Below, in pieces: positions 22,701-37,700 of a stretch of DNA of 64,000 bases. How positions within the stretch are numbered: position 1 is the first letter of the stretch; each line of letters starts with the position of its first letter. Origin of the DNA: Nitrospirales bacterium (GTDB lineage: Bacteria > Nitrospirota > Nitrospiria > Nitrospirales > UBA8639); assembly GCA_965203295.1 (NCBI GenBank), contig CBDBCZ010000008.1:128001-192000 (forward strand), written 5' to 3'. A model generated the notes under the pieces. It had not been told where the DNA came from, searched no databases, and saw only the letters and a program-made list of their open reading frames with translations. A program made the position numbers and the translations under genes.

Positions 22701-25700
22701 TTTTTCGGTGGATCAGCCGGGAATTTTCGTTCCCCGGGGAACGAAATTTCACGGTGGATCTGTTGGAAATTTTCATTCCCCGGGGAACAGAATTTTTCGG
22801 TGGTTCAGCCGGGAATTTTCGTTCCACCATGAAATTTCGATCCACCATGAAATTTCGTTCCCCGGGGAACGAAATTTCATGGTGGATCAGTTGGAAATTT
22901 TCGTTCCCCGGGAACGAAATTTTTCCGTTGAATCAGCCGGTAATTTTCGTTCCCCGGGGAACGAAATTTCACGGTGGATCTGTTGGAAATTTTCGTTCCC
23001 CGGGGAACGGAATTTTTCGGTTGAATCAGCCGGTAATTTTCGTTCCCTGGGGAACGAAATTTCACGGTGGATCTGTTGGAAATTTTCGTTCACCGGGGAA
23101 CGAAATTTCACGGTGGATCTGTTAAAAATTTTTCGTTTCCCGGGGAACAGAATTTTTCGGTGGATCAGCCGGGAATTTTCGTTCCCCGGGGAACGAAATT
23201 TCACGGTGGATCTGTTGGAAATTTTCATTCCCCGGGGAACGGAATTTTTCGGTGGTTCAGCCGGGAATTTTCGTTCCCCGGGGAACGCAATTTCACGGTG
23301 GATCAGTTGGAAATTTTCGTTCCCCGGGGAACAAAATTTCACGGTGGATCTGTTGGAAATTTTCGTTCCCCGGGGAACGGAATTTTTCGGTGGTTCAGCC
23401 GGGAATTTTCGTTCCCCGGGGAACGAAATTTCACGGTGGATCAGTTGGAAATTTTCGTTCCCCGGGGAACAAAATTTCACGGTGGATCTGTTGGAAATTT
23501 TCGTTCCCCGGGGAACGGAATTTTTCGGTGGATCAGCCGGGAATTTTCGTTCCCCGGGGAACGAAATTTCACTGTTGATCTGTTGGAAATTTTCGTTCCC
23601 CGGGGAACGGAATTTTTCGGTGGATCAGCCGGGAATTTTCGTTCCCCGGGGAACGAAATTTCACTGTGGATCTGTTGGAAATTTTCGTTCCCCGGGGAAC
23701 GGAATTTTTCGGTTGAATCAGCCGGTAATTTTCGTTCCCTGGGGAACGAAATTTCACGGTGGATCTGTTGGAAATTTTCGTTCCCCGGGGAACGAAATTT
23801 CACGGTGGATCTGTTGGAAATTTTCGTTCCCCGGGGAACGAAATTTCACGGTGGATCTGTTAAAAATTTTCGTTCCCCAGAAAACAGAATTTTTCGGTGG
23901 ATCAGCCGGGAATTTTCGTTCCCCGGGGAACGAAATTTCACGGTGGATCTGTTGGAAATTTTCGTTCCCCGGAGGACGAAATTTCACGGTGGATCTGTTG
24001 GAAATTTTCGTTCCCTGGGGAACGGAATTTTTTGGTGGATCAGCCGGGAATTTTCGTTCCCCGGGGAACGAAATTTCACGGTGGATCTGTTGGAAATTTT
24101 CGTTCCCCGGGGAACAAAATTTCACGGTGGATCTGTTAAAAATTTTCGTTCCCCGGGGAACAGAATTTTTCGATGGATCAGCCGGGAATTTTCGTTCCCC
24201 GGGGAACGAAATTTCACGGTGGATCAGTTGGTAATTTTCGTTTCCCGGGGAACGAAATTTCACGGTGGATCTGTTGAAAATTTTCGTTCCCCAGGGAACG
24301 AAATTTCACGGTGGATCAGTTGGTAATTTTCGTTTCCCGGGGAACGAAATTTCACGGTGGATCTGTTGAAAATTTTCGTTCCCCGGAGAACGAAATTTCA
24401 CGGTGGATCTGTTGGAAATTTTCGTTCCCCGGGGAACGAAATTTCACGGTGGATCTGTTAAAAATTTTCGTTCCCCAGAAAACAGAATTTTTCGGTGGAT
24501 CAGCCGGGAATTTTCGTTCCCCGGGGAACGAAATTTCACGGTGGATCTGTTGGAAATTTTCGTTCCCCGGAGAACGAAATTTCACGGTGGATCTGTTGGA
24601 AATTTTCGTTCCCTGGGGAACGGAATTTTTTGGTGGATCAGCCGGGAATTTTCGTTCCCCGGGGAACGAAATTTCACGGTGGATCTGTTGGAAATTTTCA
24701 TTCCCCGGGGAACGGAATTTTTCGGTGGTTCAGCCGGGAATTTTCGTTCCCCGGGGAACGAAATTTCACGGTGGATCAGTTGGAAATTTTCGTTCCCCGG
24801 GGAACAAAATTTCACGGTGGATCTGTTGGAAATTTTCGTTCCCCGGGGAACGGAATTTTTCGGTGGATCAGCCGGGAATTTTCGTTCCCCGGGGAACGAA
24901 ATTTCACGGTGGATCTGTTGGAAATTTTCGTTCCCCGGAGAACGAAATTTCACGGTGGATCTGTTGGAAATTTTCGTTCCCCGGGGAACAAAATTTCACG
25001 GTGGATCTGTTAAAAATTTTCGTTCCCCGGGGAACAGAATTTTTCGGTGGATCAGCCGGGAATTTTCGTTCCCCGGGGAACGAAATTTCACGGTGGATCT
25101 GTTGGAAATTTTCGTTCCCCGGAGAACGAAATTTCATGGTGGATCTGTTGGAAATTTTCGTTCCCCGGGGAACGGAATTTTTCGGTGGATCAGCCGGGAA
25201 TTTTCGTTCCCCGGGGAACGAAATTTCACGGTGGATCAGTTGGAAATTTTCGTTCCCCGGGGAACGGAATTTTTCGGTTGAATCAGCCAGTAATTTTCGT
25301 TCCCCGGAGAACGAAATTTCACGGTGGATCTGTTGGAATTTTTCGTTCCCCGGGGAACGTTTTTCGGTGAATCAGCCGGGAATTTTCGTTCCCCGGGGAA
25401 CGAAATTTCACGGTGGATCTGTTGGAAATTTTCGTTCCCCGGGGAACAAAATTTTCGGTGGATCAGCCGGGAATTTTCGTTCCCCGGGGAACGAAATTTC
25501 ACGGTGGATCTGTTGGAAATTTTCGTTCCCCGGGGAACGGAATTTTTCGGTGGATCAGCCGGGAATTTTCGTTCCCCGGGGAACGAAATTTCACGGTGGA
25601 TCTGTTGGAAATTTTCGTTCCCCGGAGAACGAAATTTCACGGTGGATCTGTTGGAAATTGGATCTGTTGGAAATTTTCGTTCCCCGGGGAACAAAATTTC

Positions 25701-28700
25701 ACGGTGGATCTGTTAAAAATTTTCGTTCCCCGGGGAACAGAATTTTTCGGTGGATCAGCCGGGAATTTTCGTTCCCCGGGGAACGAAATTTCACGGTGGA
25801 TCTGTTGGAAATTTTTCGTTCCCCGGAGAACGAAATTTCATGGTGGATCTGTTGGAAATTTTCGTTCCCCGGGGAACGGAATTTTTCGGTGGATCAGCCG
25901 GGAATTTTCGTTCCCCGGGGAACGAAATTTCACGGTGGATCAGTTGGAAATTTTCGTTCCCCGGGGAACGGAATTTTTCGTTGGAATTTTTCGTTGAATT
26001 TCACGGTGGATCAGCCAGTAATTTTCGTTCCCCGGAGAACGAAATTTCACGGTGGATCTGTTGGAATTTTTCGTTCCCCGGGGAACGTTTTTCGGTGAAT
26101 CAGCCGGGAATTTTCGTTCCCCGGGGAACGAAATTTCACGGTGGATCTGTTCCCCGGGGAAATTTTCGTTCCCCGGGGAACGGAATTTTTCGGTGGATCA
26201 GCCGGAAATTTTCATTCCCCGGGGAACGAAATTTCACGGTGGATCTGTTGGAAATTTTCGTTCCCCGGGGAACAAAATTTCACGGTGGATCTGTTAAAAA
26301 TTTTCGTTCCCCGGGGAACAGAATTTTTCCCCGGTGGATCAACCGGGAATTTTCGTTCCCCGGGGAACGAAATTTCACGGTGGATCTGTTGGAAATTTTC
26401 GTTCCCCGGAGAACGAAATTTCACGGTGGATCTGTTGGAAATTTTCGTTCCCCGGGGAACAAAATTTCACGGTGGATCTGTTAAAAATTTTCGTTCCCGG
26501 GGAACAGAATTTTTCGGTGGATCAGCCGGGAATTTTCGTTCCCCGGGGAACGAAATTTCACGGTGGATCTGTTGGAAATTTTCGTTCCCCGGAGAAAGAA
26601 ATTTCATGGTGGATCTGTTGGAAATTTTCGTTCCCCGGGGAACGGAATTTTTCGGTGAATCAGCAGGGAATTTTCGTTCCGGGAAATTTTCGTTCCCCGG
26701 GGAACGAAATTTCACGGTGGATCTGTTGGAAATTTTCGTTCCCCGGAGAACGAAATTTCACGGTGGATCTGTTGGAAATTTTCGTTCCCCGGGGAACAAA
26801 ATTTCACGGTGGATCTGTTAAAAATTTTCGTTCCCCGGGGAACAGAATTTTTCGGTGGATCAGCCGGGAATTTTCGTTCCCCGGGGAACGAAATTTCACG
26901 GTGGATCTGTTGGAAATTTTCGTTCCCCGGAGAAAGAAATTTCATGGTGGATCTGTTGGAAATTTTCGTTCCCCGGGGAACGGAATTTTTCGGTGAATCA
27001 GCAGGGAATTTTCGTTCCCCGGGGAACGAAATTTCACGGTGGATCTGTTGGAAATTTTCGTTCCCCGGGGAACAGAATTTTTCGGTGAATCAGCCAGGAA
27101 ATTTTCGTTCCCCGGGGAACGAAATTTCACGGTGGATCTGTTGGAATTTTTCGTTCCCCGGGGAACGTTTTTCGGTTGAATCAGCCGGGAATCAGTTTTC
27201 GTTCCCCGGGGAACGAAATTTCACGGTGGATAAGTTGGAAATTTTCGTTCCCCAGGGAACGGAATTTTTCGGTTGAATCAGCCGGTAATTTTCGTTCCCC
27301 GGGGAACAAAATTTCACGGTGGATCAGTTGGAAATTTTCGTTCCCCGGGGAACGAAATTTCATGGTGGATCAGTTGGAAATTTTCGTTCCCCGGGAACGG
27401 AATTTTTCGGTTGAATCAGCCGGTAATTTTCGTTCCCCGGGGAACGAAATTTCACGGTGGATCTGTTGGAAATTTTCGTTCCCCGGGGAATGGAATTTTT
27501 CGGTTGAATCAGCTGGTAATTTTCGTTCCCTGGGGAACGAAATTTCACGGTGGATCTGTTGGAAATTTTCGTTCCCCGGGGAACGAAATTTCACGGTGGA
27601 TCTGTTAAAAATTTTCGTTCCCCGGAGAACGAAATTTCATGGTGGATCTGTTGGAAATTTTCGTTCCCCGAGGAACGGAATTTTTCGGTGGATCAGCCGG
27701 GAATTTTCGTTTCCCGGGGAACGAAATTTCACGGTGGATCTGTTGGAAATTTTCGTTCCCCGGGGAACGGAATTTCACGGTGGATCAGTTGGAAATTTTC
27801 GTTCCCCGGGGAACAAAATTTCACGGTGGATCTGTTGGGAATTTTTCGGTGGATCAGCCGGGAATTTTCGTTCCCCGGGGAACGAAATTTCACTGTGGAT
27901 CTGTTGGAAATTTTCGTTCCCCGGGGAACGGAATTTTTCGGTTGAATCAGCCGGTAATTTTCGTTCCCTGGGGAACGAAATTTCACGGTGGATCTGTTGG
28001 AAATTTTCGTTCCCCGGGGAACGAAATTTCACGGTGGATCTGTTAAAAATTTTCATTCCCCGGGGAACAGAATTTTTCGGTGGATCAGCCGGGAATTTTC
28101 GTTCCCCGGGGAACGAAATTTCACGGTGGATCTGTTGGAAATTTTCATTCCCCGGGGAACAGAATTTTTCGGTGGTTCAGCCGGGAATTTTCGTTCCACC
28201 ATGAAATTTCGATCCACCATGAAATTTCGTTCCCCGGGGAACGAAATTTCATGGTGGATCAGTTGGAAATTTTCGTTCCCCGGGAACGGAATTTTTCCGT
28301 TGAATCAGCCGGTAATTTTCGTTCCCCGGGGAACGAAATTTCACGGTGGATCTGTTGGAAATTTTCGTTCCCCGGGGAACGGAATTTTTCGGTTGAATCA
28401 GCCGGTAATTTTCGTTCCCTGGGGAACGAAATTTCACGGTGGATCTGTTGGAAATTTTCGTTCACCGGGGAACGAAATTTCACGGTGGATCTGTTAAAAA
28501 TTTTTCGTTTCCCGGGGAACAGAATTTTTCGGTGGATCAGCCGGGAATTTTCGTTCCCCGGGGAACGAAATTTCACGGTGGATCTGTTGGAAATTTTCAT
28601 TCCCCGGGGAACGGAATTTTTCGGTGGTTCAGCCGGGAATTTTCGTTCCCCGGGGAACGCAATTTCACGGTGGATCAGTTGGAAATTTTCGTTCCCCGGG

Positions 28701-31700
28701 GAACAAAATTTCACGGTGGATCTGTTGGAAATTTTCGTTCCCCGGGGAACGGAATTTTTCGGTGGTTCAGCCGGGAATTTTCGTTCCCCGGGGAACGAAA
28801 TTTCACGGTGGATCAGTTGGAAATTTTCGTTCCCCGGGGAACAAAATTTCACGGTGGATCTGTTGGAAATTTTCGTTCCCCGGGGAACGGAATTTTTCGG
28901 TGGATCAGCCGGGAATTTTCGTTCCCCGGGGAACGAAATTTCACTGTGGATCTGTTGGAAATTTTCGTTCCCCGGGGAACGGAATTTTTCGGTGGATCAG
29001 CCGGGAATTTTCGTTCCCCGGGGAACGAAATTTCACTGTGGATCTGTTGGAAATTTTCGTTCCCCGGGGAACGGAATTTTTCGGTTGAATCAGCCGGTAA
29101 TTTTCGTTCCCTGGGGAACGAAATTTCACGGTGGATCTGTTGGAAATTTTCGTTCCCCGGGGAACGAAATTTCACGGTGGATCTGTTAAAAATTTTCATT
29201 CCCCGGGGAACAGAATTTTTCGGTGGATCAACCGGGAATTTTCGTTCCCCGGGGAACGAAATTTCACGGTGGATCTGTTGGAAATTTTCATTCCCCGGGG
29301 AACAGAATTTTTCGGTGGTTCAGCCGGGAATTTTCGTTCCACCATGAAATTTCGATCCACCATGAAATTTCGTTCCCCGGGGAACGAAATTTCATGGTGG
29401 ATCAGTTGGAACGGAATTTTTCGGTTGAATCAGCCGGTAATTTTCGTTCCCCGGGAAACGAAATTTCACGGTGGATCTGTTGGAAATTTTTGTTCCCCGG
29501 GGAACGGAATTTTTCGGTTGAATCAGCCGGTAATTTTCGTTCCCTGGGGAACGAAATTTCACGGTGGATCTGTTGGAAATTTTCATTCCCCGGGGAACGG
29601 AATTTTTCGGTGGTTCAGCCGGGAATTTTCGTTCCCCGGGGAACGCAATTTCACGGTGGATCAGTTGGAAATTTTCGTTCCCCGGGGAACAAAATTTCAC
29701 GGTGGATCTGTTGGAAATTTTCGTTCCCCGGGGAACGGAATTTTTCGGTGGATCAGCCGGGAATTTTCGTTCCCCGGGGAACGAAATTTCACGGTGGATC
29801 AGTTGGAAATTTTCGTTCCCCGGGGAACAGAATTTTTCGGTTGAATCAGCCAGTAATTTTCGTTCCCCGGGGAACGAAATTTCACGGTGGATCTGTTGGA
29901 ATTTTTCGTTCCCCGGGGAACGTTTTTCGGTGAATCAGCCGGGAATTTTCGTTCCCCGGGGAACGAAATTTCACGGTGGATAAGTTGGAAATTTTCGTTC
30001 CCCAGGGAACGGAATTTTTCGGTTGAATCAGCCGGTAATTTTCGTTCCCCGGGGAACAAAATTTCACGGTGGATCAGTTGGAAATTTTCGTTCCCCGGGG
30101 AACGAAATTTCATGGTGGATCAGTTGGAAATTTTCGTTCCCCGGGAACGGAATTTTTCGGTTGAATCAGCCGGTAATTTTCGTTCCCCGGGGAACGAAAT
30201 TTCACGGTGGATCTGTTGGAAATTTTCGTTCCCCGGGAACGGAATTTTTCGGTTGAATCAGCCGGTATTTTTCGTTCCCTGGGGAACGAAATTTCACGGT
30301 GGATCTGTTGGAAATTTTCGTTCCCCGGGGAACGAAATTTCACAGTGGATCTGTTAAAAATTTTCATTCCCCGGGGAACAGAATTTTTCGGTGGATCAGC
30401 CGGGAATTTTCGTTCCCCGGGGAACGAAATTTCACGGTGGATCTGTTGGAAATTTTCATTCCCCGGGGAACAGAATTTTTCGGTGGTTCAGCCGGGAATT
30501 TTCGTTCCACCATGAAATTTCGATCCACCATGAAATTTCGTTCCCCGGGGAACGAAATTTCATGGTGGATCAGTTGGAAATTTTCGTTCCCCGGGAACGG
30601 AATTTTTCGGTTGAATCAACCGGTAATTTTCGTTCCCCGGGGAACGAAATTTCACGGTGGATCTGTTGGAAATTTTCATTCCCCGGGGAACAGAATTTTT
30701 CGGTGGTTCAGCCGGGAATTTTCGTTCCACCATGAAATTTCGATCCACCATGAAATTTCGTTCCCCGGGGAACGAAATTTCATGGTGGATCAGTTGGAAA
30801 TTTTCGTTCCCCGGGAACGGAATTTTTCGGTTGAATCAACCGGTAATTTTCGTTCCCCGGGGAACGAAATTTCACGGTGGATCTGTTAAAAATTTTCGTT
30901 CCCCGGGGAACAGAATTTTTCGGTGGATCAGCCGGGAGTTTTTGTTCCCCGGGGAACGAAATTTCACGGTGGATCTGTTGGAAATTTTCATTTCCCGGGG
31001 AACAGAATTTTTCGGTGGTTCAGCCGGGAATTTTCGTTCCCCGGGGAACGAAATTTCACGGTGAATCTGTTGGAAATTTTCGTTTCCCGGAGAACGAAAT
31101 TTCACGGTGGATCTGTTGGAAATTTTCGTTCCCCGGGGAACGGAATTTTTCGGTTGAATCAGCCGGTAATTTTCGTTCCCTGGGGAACGAAATTTCACGG
31201 TGGATCTGTTGGAAATTTTCGTTCCCCGGAGAACGAAATTTCACGGTGGATCTGTTGAAAATTTTCGTTCCCCGGGGAACGGAATTTTTCGGTTGAATCA
31301 GCCGGTAATTTTCGTTCCCTGGGGAACGAAATTTCACGGTGGATCTGTTGGAAATTTTCGTTCCCCGGGGAACGAAATTTCACGGTGGATCTGTTAAAAA
31401 TTTTAGTTCCCCGGGGAACAGAATTTTTCGGTTGAATCAGCCGGTAATTTTCGTTCCCTGGGGAACGAAATTTCACGTTGGATCTGTTGGAAATTTTCGT
31501 TCCCCGGGGAACGAAATTTCACGGTGGATCTGTTGGAAATTTTCGTTCCCTGGGTAACGAAATTTCACGGTGGATCAGCTGGTAATTTTCGTTCCCCGGG
31601 GAATGAAATTTCACGGTGGATCAGCCGGTAATTTTCGTTCCCCGGGGAATGAAATTTCACGGTGGATCTGTTGGAAATTTTGTTCCCCAGGGAACGAAAT

Positions 31701-34700
31701 TTCACGGTGGATCAGTTGGTAATTTTCGTTCCCTGGGGAACGAAATTTCACGGTGGATCTGTTGGAAATTTTCGTTCCCCGGGGAACGAAATTTCACGGT
31801 GGATCTGTTAAAAATTTTAGTTCCCCGGGGAACAGAATTTTTCGGTTGAATCAGCCGGTAATTTTCGTTCCCTGGGGAACGAAATTTCACGTTGGATCTG
31901 TTGGAAATTTTCGTTCCCCGGGGAACGAAATTTCACGGTGGATCTGTTGGAAATTTTCGTTCCCTGGGTAACGAAATTTCACGGTGGATCAGTTGGAAAT
32001 TTTCGTTCCCCGGGAACGGAATTTTTCGGTTTAATCAGCCGGTAATTTTCGTTCCTCGGGGAACGAAATTTCACGGTGGATCTTTTGGAAATTTTCGTTC
32101 CCTGGGGAACGGAATTTTTCGGTTGAATCAGCCGGTAATTTTCGTTCCCCGGGGAATGAAATTTCACGGTGGATCAGTTGGTAATTTTCGTTCCCCGGGG
32201 AATGAAATTTCACGGTGGATCTGTTGGAAATTTTCGTTTCCCGTGGAACGGAATTTTTCGGTTGAATCAGCCGGTAATTTTCGTTCCCCGGGGAACGAAA
32301 TTTCACGGTGGATCTGTTGGTAATTTTCGTTCCCCGGGGAACGAAATTTCACGGTGGATCTGTTGGAAATTTTCGTTCCCCGGGGAACGAAATTTCACGG
32401 TGGATCTGTAGGAAATTTTCGTTTCCAGGGGAACGGAATTTTTCGGTTGAATCAGCCGGTAATTTTCGTTCCCCGGGGAACGAAATTTCATGGTGGATCT
32501 GTTGGAAATTTTTGTTCTCCGGGGAACGAAATTTCACGGTGGATCTGTTAAAAAATTTCGTTCCCTGGAAAACGGAATTTCACGGTGGATCTGTTGGAAA
32601 TTTTCGTTTCCCGGGGAACGGAATTTTTCGGTTGAATCAGCTGGTAATTTTTGTTCCCTGGGTAACGAAATTTCACGGTGGATCTGTTGGAAATTTTCGT
32701 TCCCCGGGGAACGAAATTTCACGGTGGATCTGTTGGAAATTTTCGTTCCCTGGGTAACGAAATTTCACGGTGGATCAGTTGGAAATTTTCGTTCCCCGGG
32801 AACGGAATTTTTGAGTTTAATCAGCCGGTAATTTTCATTCCCCGGGGAACGAAATTTCACGGTGGATCTGTTGGAAATTTTTGGTTCCCTGGGGAACGGA
32901 ATTTTTCGGTTGAATCAGCTGGTAATTTTCGTTCCCCGGGGAATGAAATTTCACGGTGGATCAGCCGGTAATTTTCGTTCCCCGGGGAATGAAATTTCAC
33001 GGTGGATCTGTTGGAAATTTTGTTCCCCAGGGAACGAAATTTCACGGTGGATCAGTTGGTAATTTTCGTTCCCTGGGGAACGAAATTTCACGGTGGATCT
33101 GTTGGAAATTTTCGTTCCCCGGGGAACGAAATTTCACGGTGGATCTGTTAAAAATTTTAGTTCCCCGGGGAACAGAATTTTTCGGTTGAATCAGCCGGTA
33201 ATTTTCGTTCCCTGGGGAACGAAATTTCACGTTGGATCTGTTGGAAATTTTCGTTCCCCGGGGAACGAAATTTCACGGTGGATCTGTTGGAAATTTTCGT
33301 TCCCTGGGTAACGAAATTTCACGGTGGATCAGTTGGAAATTTTCGTTCCCCGGGAACGGAATTTTTCGGTTTAATCAGCCGGTAATTTTCGTTCCTCGGG
33401 GAACGAAATTTCACGGTGGATCTTTTGGAAATTTTCGTTCCCTGGGGAACGGAATTTTTCGGTTGAATCAGCCGGTAATTTTCGTTCCCCGGGGAATGAA
33501 ATTTCACGGTGGATCAGTTGGTAATTTTCGTTCCCCGGGGAATGAAATTTCACGGTGGATCTGTTGGAAATTTTCGTTTCCCGTGGAACGGAATTTTTCG
33601 GTTGAATCAGCCGGTAATTTTCGTTCCCCGGGGAACGAAATTTCACGGTGGATCTGTTGGTAATTTTCGTTCCCCGGGGAACGAAATTTCACTGTGGATC
33701 TGTTGGAAATTTTCGTTCCCCGGGGAACGAAATTTCACGGTGGATCTGTAGGAAATTTTCGTTTCCAGGGGAACGGAATTTTTCGGTTGAATCAGCCGGT
33801 AATTTTCGTTCCCCGGGGAACGAAATTTCATGGTGGATCTGTTGGAAATTTTTGTTCTCCGGGGAACGAAATTTCACGGTGGATCTGTTAAAAAATTTCG
33901 TTCCCTGGAAAACGGAATTTCACGGTGGATCTGTTGGAAATTTTCGTTTCCCGGGGAACGGAATTTTTCGGTTGAATCAGCTGGTAATTTTTGTTCCCTG
34001 GGTAACGAAATTTCACGGTGGATCTGTTGGAAATTTTCGTTCCCCGGGGAACGAAATTTCACGGTGGATCTGTTGGAAATTTTCGTTCCCTGGGTAACGA
34101 AATTTCACGGTGGATCAGTTGGAAATTTTCGTTCCCCGGGAACGGAATTTTTGAGTTTAATCAGCCGGTAATTTTCATTCCCCGGGGAACGAAATTTCAC
34201 GGTGGATCTGTTGGAAATTTTTGGTTCCCTGGGGAACGGAATTTTTCGGTTGAATCAGCTGGTAATTTTCGTTCCCCGGGGAATGAAATTTCACGGTGGA
34301 TCAGCCGGTAATTTTCGTTCCCCGGGGAATGAAATTTCACGGTGGATCTGTTGGAAATTTTGTTCCCCAGGGAACGAAATTTCACGGTGGATCAGTTGGT
34401 AATTTTCGTTCCCCGGGGAACGAAATTTCACGGTGGATCTGTTGGAAATTTTCGTTCCCCGGGGAACGGAATTTTTCGGTTGAATCAGCTGGTAATTTTT
34501 GTTCCCTGGGTAACGAAATTTCACGGTGGATCTGTTGGAAATTTTCGTTCCCCGGGGAACGAAATTTCACGGTGGATCTGTTAAAAATTTTCGTTCCCCG
34601 GGGAACAGAATTTTTCGGTTGAATCAGCCGGTAATTTTCGTTCCCTGGGGAACGAAATTTCACGGTGGATCTGTAGGAAATTTTCGTTTCCAGGGGAACG

Positions 34701-37700
34701 GAATTTTTCGGTTGAATCAGCCGGTAATTTTCGTTCCCCGGGGAACGAAATTTCATGGTGGATCTGTTGGAAATTTTTGTTCTCCGGGGAACGAAATTTC
34801 ACGGTGGATCTGTTAAAAATTTTCGTTCCCCGGAAAACGGAATTTTTCGGTTGATCAGCCGGGAATTTTCGTTCCCCGGGGAACGAAATTTCACGGTGGA
34901 TCTGTAGGAAATTTTCGTTTCCAGGGGAACGGAATTTTTCGGTTGAATCAGCCGGTAATTTTCGTTCCCCGGGGAACGAAATTTCATGGTGGATCTGTTG
35001 GAAATTTTTGTTCTCCGGGGAACGAAATTTCACGGTGGATCAGTTGGAAATTTTCGTTCCCCGGGGAACAGAATTTTTCGGTTGAATCAGCCAGTAATTT
35101 TCGTTCCCCGGGGAACGAAATTTCACGGTGGATCTGTTGGAATTTTTCGTTCCCCGGGGAACGTTTTTCGGTGAATCAGCCGGGAATTTTCGTTCCCCGG
35201 GGAACGAAATTTCACGGTGGATAAGTTGGAAATTTTCGTTCCCCAGGGAACGGAATTTTTCGGTTGAATCAGCCGGTAATTTTCGTTCCCCGGGGAACAA
35301 AATTTCACGGTGGATCAGTTGGAAATTTTCGTTCCCCGGGGAACGAAATTTCATGGTGGATCAGTTGGAAATTTTCGTTCCCCGGGAACGGAATTTTTCG
35401 GTTGAATCAGCCGGTAATTTTCGTTCCCCGGGGAACGAAATTTCACGGTGGATCTGTTGGAAATTTTCGTTCCCCGGGGAACGGAATTTTTCGGTTGAAT
35501 CAGCCGGTATTTTTCGTTCCCTGGGGAACGAAATTTCACGGTGGATCTGTTGGAAATTTTCGTTCCCCGGGGAACGAAATTTCACAGTGGATCTGTTAAA
35601 AATTTTCATTCCCCGGGGAACAGAATTTTTCGGTGGATCAGCCGGGAATTTTCGTTCCCCGGGGAACGAAATTTCACGGTGGATCTGTTGGAAATTTTCA
35701 TTCCCCGGGGAACAGAATTTTTCGGTGGTTCAGCCGGGAATTTTCGTTCCACCATGAAATTTCGATCCACCATGAAATTTCGTTCCCCGGGGAACGAAAT
35801 TTCATGGTGGATCAGTTGGAAATTTTCGTTCCCCGGGAACGGAATTTTTCGGTTGAATCAACCGGTAATTTTCGTTCCCCGGGGAACGAAATTTCACGGT
35901 GGATCTGTTGGAAATTTTCATTCCCCGGGGAACAGAATTTTTCGGTGGTTCAGCCGGGAATTTTCGTTCCACCATGAAATTTCGATCCACCATGAAATTT
36001 CGTTCCCCGGGGAACGAAATTTCATGGTGGATCAGTTGGAAATTTTCGTTCCCCGGGAACGGAATTTTTCGGTTGAATCAACCGGTAATTTTCGTTCCCC
36101 GGGGAACGAAATTTCACGGTGGATCTGTTAAAAATTTTGGTTCCCCGGGGAACAGAATTTTTCGGTGGATCAGCCGGGAGTTTTTGTTCCCCGGGGAACG
36201 AAATTTCACGGTGGATCTGTTGGAAATTTTCATTTCCCGGGGAACAGAATTTTTCGGTGGTTCAGCCGGGAATTTTCGTTCCCCGGGGAACGAAATTTCA
36301 CGGTGGATCTGTTGGAAATTTTCGTTCCCCGGAGAACGAAATTTCACGGTGGATCTGTTGGAAATTTTCGTTCCCCGGGGAACGGAATTTTTCGGTTGAA
36401 TCAGCCGGTAATTTTCGTTCCCTGGGGAACGAAATTTCACGGTGGATCTGTTGGAAATTTTCGTTCCCCGGAGAACGAAATTTCACGGTGGATCTGTTGA
36501 AAATTTTCGTTCCCCGGGGAACGGAATTTTTCGGTTGAATCAGCCGGTAATTTTCGTTCCCTGGGGAACGAAATTTCACGGTGGATCTGTTGGAAATTTT
36601 CGTTCCCCGGGGAACGAAATTTCACGGTGGATCTGTTAAAAATTTTAGTTCCCCGGGGAACAGAATTTTTCGGTTGAATCAGCCGGTAATTTTCGTTCCC
36701 TGGGGAACGAAATTTCACGTTGGATCTGTTGGAAATTTTCGTTCCCCGAGGAACGAAATTTCACGGTGGATCTGTTGGAAATTTTCGTTCCCTGGGTAAC
36801 GAAATTTCACGGTGGATCAGTTGGAAATTTTCGTTCCCCGGGAACGGAATTTTTCGGTTTAATCAGCCGGTAATTTTCGTTCCTCGGGGAACGAAATTTC
36901 ACGGTGGATCTTTTGGAAATTTTCGTTCCCTGGGGAACGGAATTTTTCGGTTGAATCAGCCGGTAATTTTCGTTCCCCGGGGAATGAAATTTCACGGTGG
37001 ATCAGTTGGTAATTTTCGTTCCCCGGGGAATGAAATTTCACGGTGGATCTGTTGGAAATTTTCGTTTCCCGTGGAACGGAATTTTTCGGTTGAATCAGCC
37101 GGTAATTTTCGTTCCCCGGGGAACGAAATTTCACGGTGGATCTGTTGGTAATTTTCGTTCCCCGGGGAACGAAATTTCACGGTGGATCTGTTGGAAATTT
37201 TCGTTCCCCGGGGAACGAAATTTCACGGTGGATCTGTTGGAAATTTTCGTTCCCTGGGTAACGAAATTTCACGGTGGATCAGTTGGAAATTTTCGTTCCC
37301 CGGGAACGGAATTTTTGAGTTTAATCAGCCGGTAATTTTCATTCCCCGGGGAACGAAATTTCACGGTGGATCTGTTGGAAATTTTTGGTTCCCTGGGGAA
37401 CGGAATTTTTCGGTTGAATCAGCTGGTAATTTTCGTTCCCCGGGGAATGAAATTTCACGGTGGATCAGCCGGTAATTTTCGTTCCCCGGGGAATGAAATT
37501 TCACGGTGGATCTGTTGGAAATTTTGTTCCCCAGGGAACGAAATTTCACGGTGGATCAGTTGGTAATTTTCGTTCCCCGGGGAACGAAATTTCACGGTGG
37601 ATCTGTTGGAAATTTTCGTTTCCCGGGGAACGGAATTTTTCGGTTGAATCAGCTGGTAATTTTTGTTCCCTGGGTAACGAAATTTCACGGTGGATCTGTT

